Of a stretch of 64,000 nucleotides of DNA, positions 61,553 to 64,000 are shown piece after piece. Made by a program: the position numbers and the translations under genes. The first letter of the stretch is position 1, and each line of letters starts with the position of its first letter. The notes below the pieces were generated by a model. The model was not told where the DNA came from. It did no database searches and saw nothing but the letters and a program-made list of their open reading frames with translations. Origin of the DNA: Macrostomum lignano (taxonomy: Eukaryota); the NCBI GenBank assembly GCA_002269645.1, contig NIVC01002473.1, forward strand, positions 107,087 to 171,086. Reading direction: 5' to 3'.

Positions 61553-62402
61553 TTATAGTGGGAAATTAATCGACGAAGTCGCGTTCCGCGGAACGATCGA
61601 ACGAAGTCGCGTGCTATGTCTCTCTTCCTCATTATCTTCTTTATCAAATTTGTTAAAATTCTATGTTTCCTTTCTAACCTCGGATTGATATAAATATGTT
61701 TGTATTGGCTATCATCCCAAATTTTTTTACACATACTTTTAAATGGTTTTGCATCCAATCCGGGATTAAATCTAGCGTGAATATTTTGTAGATCATAGTT
61801 ATCTAAATCAAACATTACACAACAGCTAGCATTCTTTTTTATAATCGATTCTAATTCTCTAAAGGATTGAGTAAGATAAAAGCTCCAATTCCATCTCCTC
61901 TACCACTAACAAAAATTTCCTTTTGCAATTCTTGATCACCGTCATTAATACAATCATCAAAAATAATTAGTGTTTTATCATGTTTTGGAATTTGATCATA
62001 GGCTAATCGGGTTGATACTCTAACAGTTGGGCGCGATCGGACGAAGTCCGCGACCCTTCGGGCGATCGGTGATGTTTTCTGGCTGTTGTGCCATTGTTTT
62101 ACATAAATCCTCAATGTCTGCTAGATTAAATCGCGGTTCGTCATCATCCTCATATTGCTCATATGCTCTTAACATTCTAAACAAGACATCTTTTTTTAAT
62201 TTGTTTTTTAATCCATGTTTAAGAAATTCATAATATTTTATTCTAGGTTTATTAGTATAAATTATTAAATTATTATAGTCTAACATTCCATCTGTTGTTA
62301 ATAAATCGTAAACAAAGTGTGTTTTTCCTTTACCTGATCCTCCGATTACTAAACAAAGAAAAGGATCATTTGGAAATATTTATCGTGTTTTGCCTTTACC
62401 AT
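61553..62402 (-). CDS. A32/FtsK-like DNA packaging ATPase, frameshifted
   Basis: Walker A GGSGKGKT (62310-62350), Walker B LIIFDD, SGRG arginine-finger region, .SQS-like motif C. Confidence 0.85.
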
Positions 62403-62453
62403 TTTTAAAGAAATAATTTAAATAGGCGCGACGGTCGGAGACCTGCACTCATT

Positions 62454-63951
62454 TTACAGCGGCGCGTCCCGAACAATCGTGCCATCAGCTTTAGCAATTG
62501 ACATATATTCCTCTAGAAACAATACGTGGGCGTCAAGTGCCTGATTACCGGTTTTATTAATCTCTAACATATAATTAAGTCCAATATTGGCTACGTTTTC
62601 TTTCTGTGCCGTTAGATCATAAACAACCACTGGATGAATGTTTAGAAACTCTGTGGTGTGTACTGAGGGACGGCATACGCTTCATTTTTGGCATAATCTT
62701 GATAATATTTTATAAAATCATTAACATTATTATTTGCAATATTAAATTTAGGGTCTTTAACGGATAATATTGATCATCAACCTGCAGGCCGGATAATATT
62801 GATCATCAACCTGCAGGCGGATATTCTGAACATTAAACTCGTTAATTGCAGCAACTGCGTTGTCTGTTGCGGTGGCTGCTTGTCTGCTATGGCACCGGAT
62901 TGAAGCCAATATAAATCCCCATTTGCTCTTTTACTCCTTCTATTTGTTATCTTAAACAAACAAAAATATATCTCACCCGACGTTTTGATGTCAGTATTTG
63001 CCACTGGAATGAATCCTGATTGTTATTAATGGTTCGCATAAAGTGTCTACGATTCAAATAAAATATTTCCTGATCATGCGTTAACTGATTATCGATGTGT
63101 TTTAAAAGGGGGCTGTTACCTCAATAGTTGGTACGACTAATTGAATTGAATCTATACGAACTGCTATATCGGTTGAAATTGAGGTTCCATAAAGTATCCT
63201 AGGCTGATATCCACCAGATATTTGCAACTGTATCCCAAATTTTAATCCTTTCCATACCCGATTTGGTGAGAAAAACCCAAATAGTGGAAAGATTGAAAAG
63301 TCCTGCTCATATGCTGTTGCTGTGGTTAAAACCGCGACTGGGAATTTATTCTGACGATCTATAAAACCAGTATTAATATCTTTTGTATTAGTCATAGTGG
63401 TTACAACTGGAACTATGTTTGTATTAAGGTAAACAATTAGCGCTGCAGTATCTGCACCGGCTGCGTTTTGTACATTAGGGTAAAACTACTGCTTGCCCGT
63501 TACCTTTATCCGGCATCCACCCAACATTATCACCAAACTTGTTTTGATAAATAAGTATAATTTAAATGTTTCAAAACTCCATTAATCTCTGCGGGGTTTG
63601 ATGATGTCTCAAACCTCAGCACCATTAACAGTTAGTTGAGCTTGGGAAAAACATTTATAAAACCAATCATTTTCAATTATTATTCCGGATCGATCTGCGA
63701 TATCTCCGCCTGCAAGAGCAGTTCCATCATTTCTAGTATACAACCATCTAACGCGGAAAAACGCATTTTTCATATCCAATATAGTGTTGGTTGCGCCGAT
63801 GTCAAAAGTTACCGTTCCAGTAGTAAAGTTATTTGAATTATCACTTGTTGGTAGGGTATAATTTAAATCTTTTGGCTCTGACCTCATTAATATACTGTCG
63901 GTGCTTTTTGAAATGAAATTTATCACTCCACATAGTTTTTGTTTCAGCCAT
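62454..63951 (-). CDS. Major capsid protein (double jelly-roll, Polinton type), multiple frameshifts
   Basis: TFDI...LDMKNAFFRV, FSQAQLTVNGAEV, IFPLFGFF...GLKFGIQL, HPVVVYDLT; position next to the ATPase. Confidence 0.7.
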
Positions 63952-64000
63952 TTTTTTAAGCTTAAAAAAGTTTTTTATGTTAAAAAAATGAGTCAATTTA

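Larger units (their letters stand above)
49855..64000. mobile_element. Polinton/Maverick (adintovirus-like) endogenous virus; right part outside the window
   Basis: AGTAGT terminus; compact, intronless, AT-rich genes for pPolB, protease, penton, ATPase and MCP. Confidence 0.92.

Noticed and set aside
62760-62822. 30-bp direct repeat inside the MCP gene
   Set aside because: A single local duplication, in frame by length; could be an assembly slip and no function can be inferred.

Overview
Eukaryotic (animal, invertebrate-like) genomic DNA with GT-AG introns, TTAGGG repeats and a heavy transposon load. A Macrostomum-like flatworm is only a guess from style. Four main parts. (1) 1-32.5 kb: at least 13 tandem + strand exons, each encoding one F-type lectin (fucolectin-like) domain. 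Every internal exon is a symmetric phase-1/phase-1 cassette of 369-405 nt, and the sugar-binding residues differ between copies. The introns hold Helitrons, P-like, CMC/EnSpm-like, Harbinger-like and Tc1-like elements, Gypsy and LINE remnants, SINEs and satellites. A recent duplication (about 1369-3320 vs 6265-13257) shows filled and empty insertion sites. (2) 33.2-37.8 kb, - strand: four exons that splice in frame into a ~1087-aa protein with ankyrin repeats, a cGAS-like/Mab-21 nucleotidyltransferase and a hydrophobic tail. (3) 42.1-49.5 kb, - strand: a complete five-exon flotillin-2 gene with minisatellite-filled introns. (4) 49.9 kb to the window end: an AT-rich Polinton/Maverick (adintovirus-like) endogenous virus. 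It carries protein-primed PolB, pX-like core proteins, a lectin-tipped fibre, adenain-like protease, penton, packaging ATPase and major capsid protein. Its ORFs are broken mainly by small deletions in base runs, and no integrase lies inside the window. All protein assignments come from motif recognition by eye; no database search was run.
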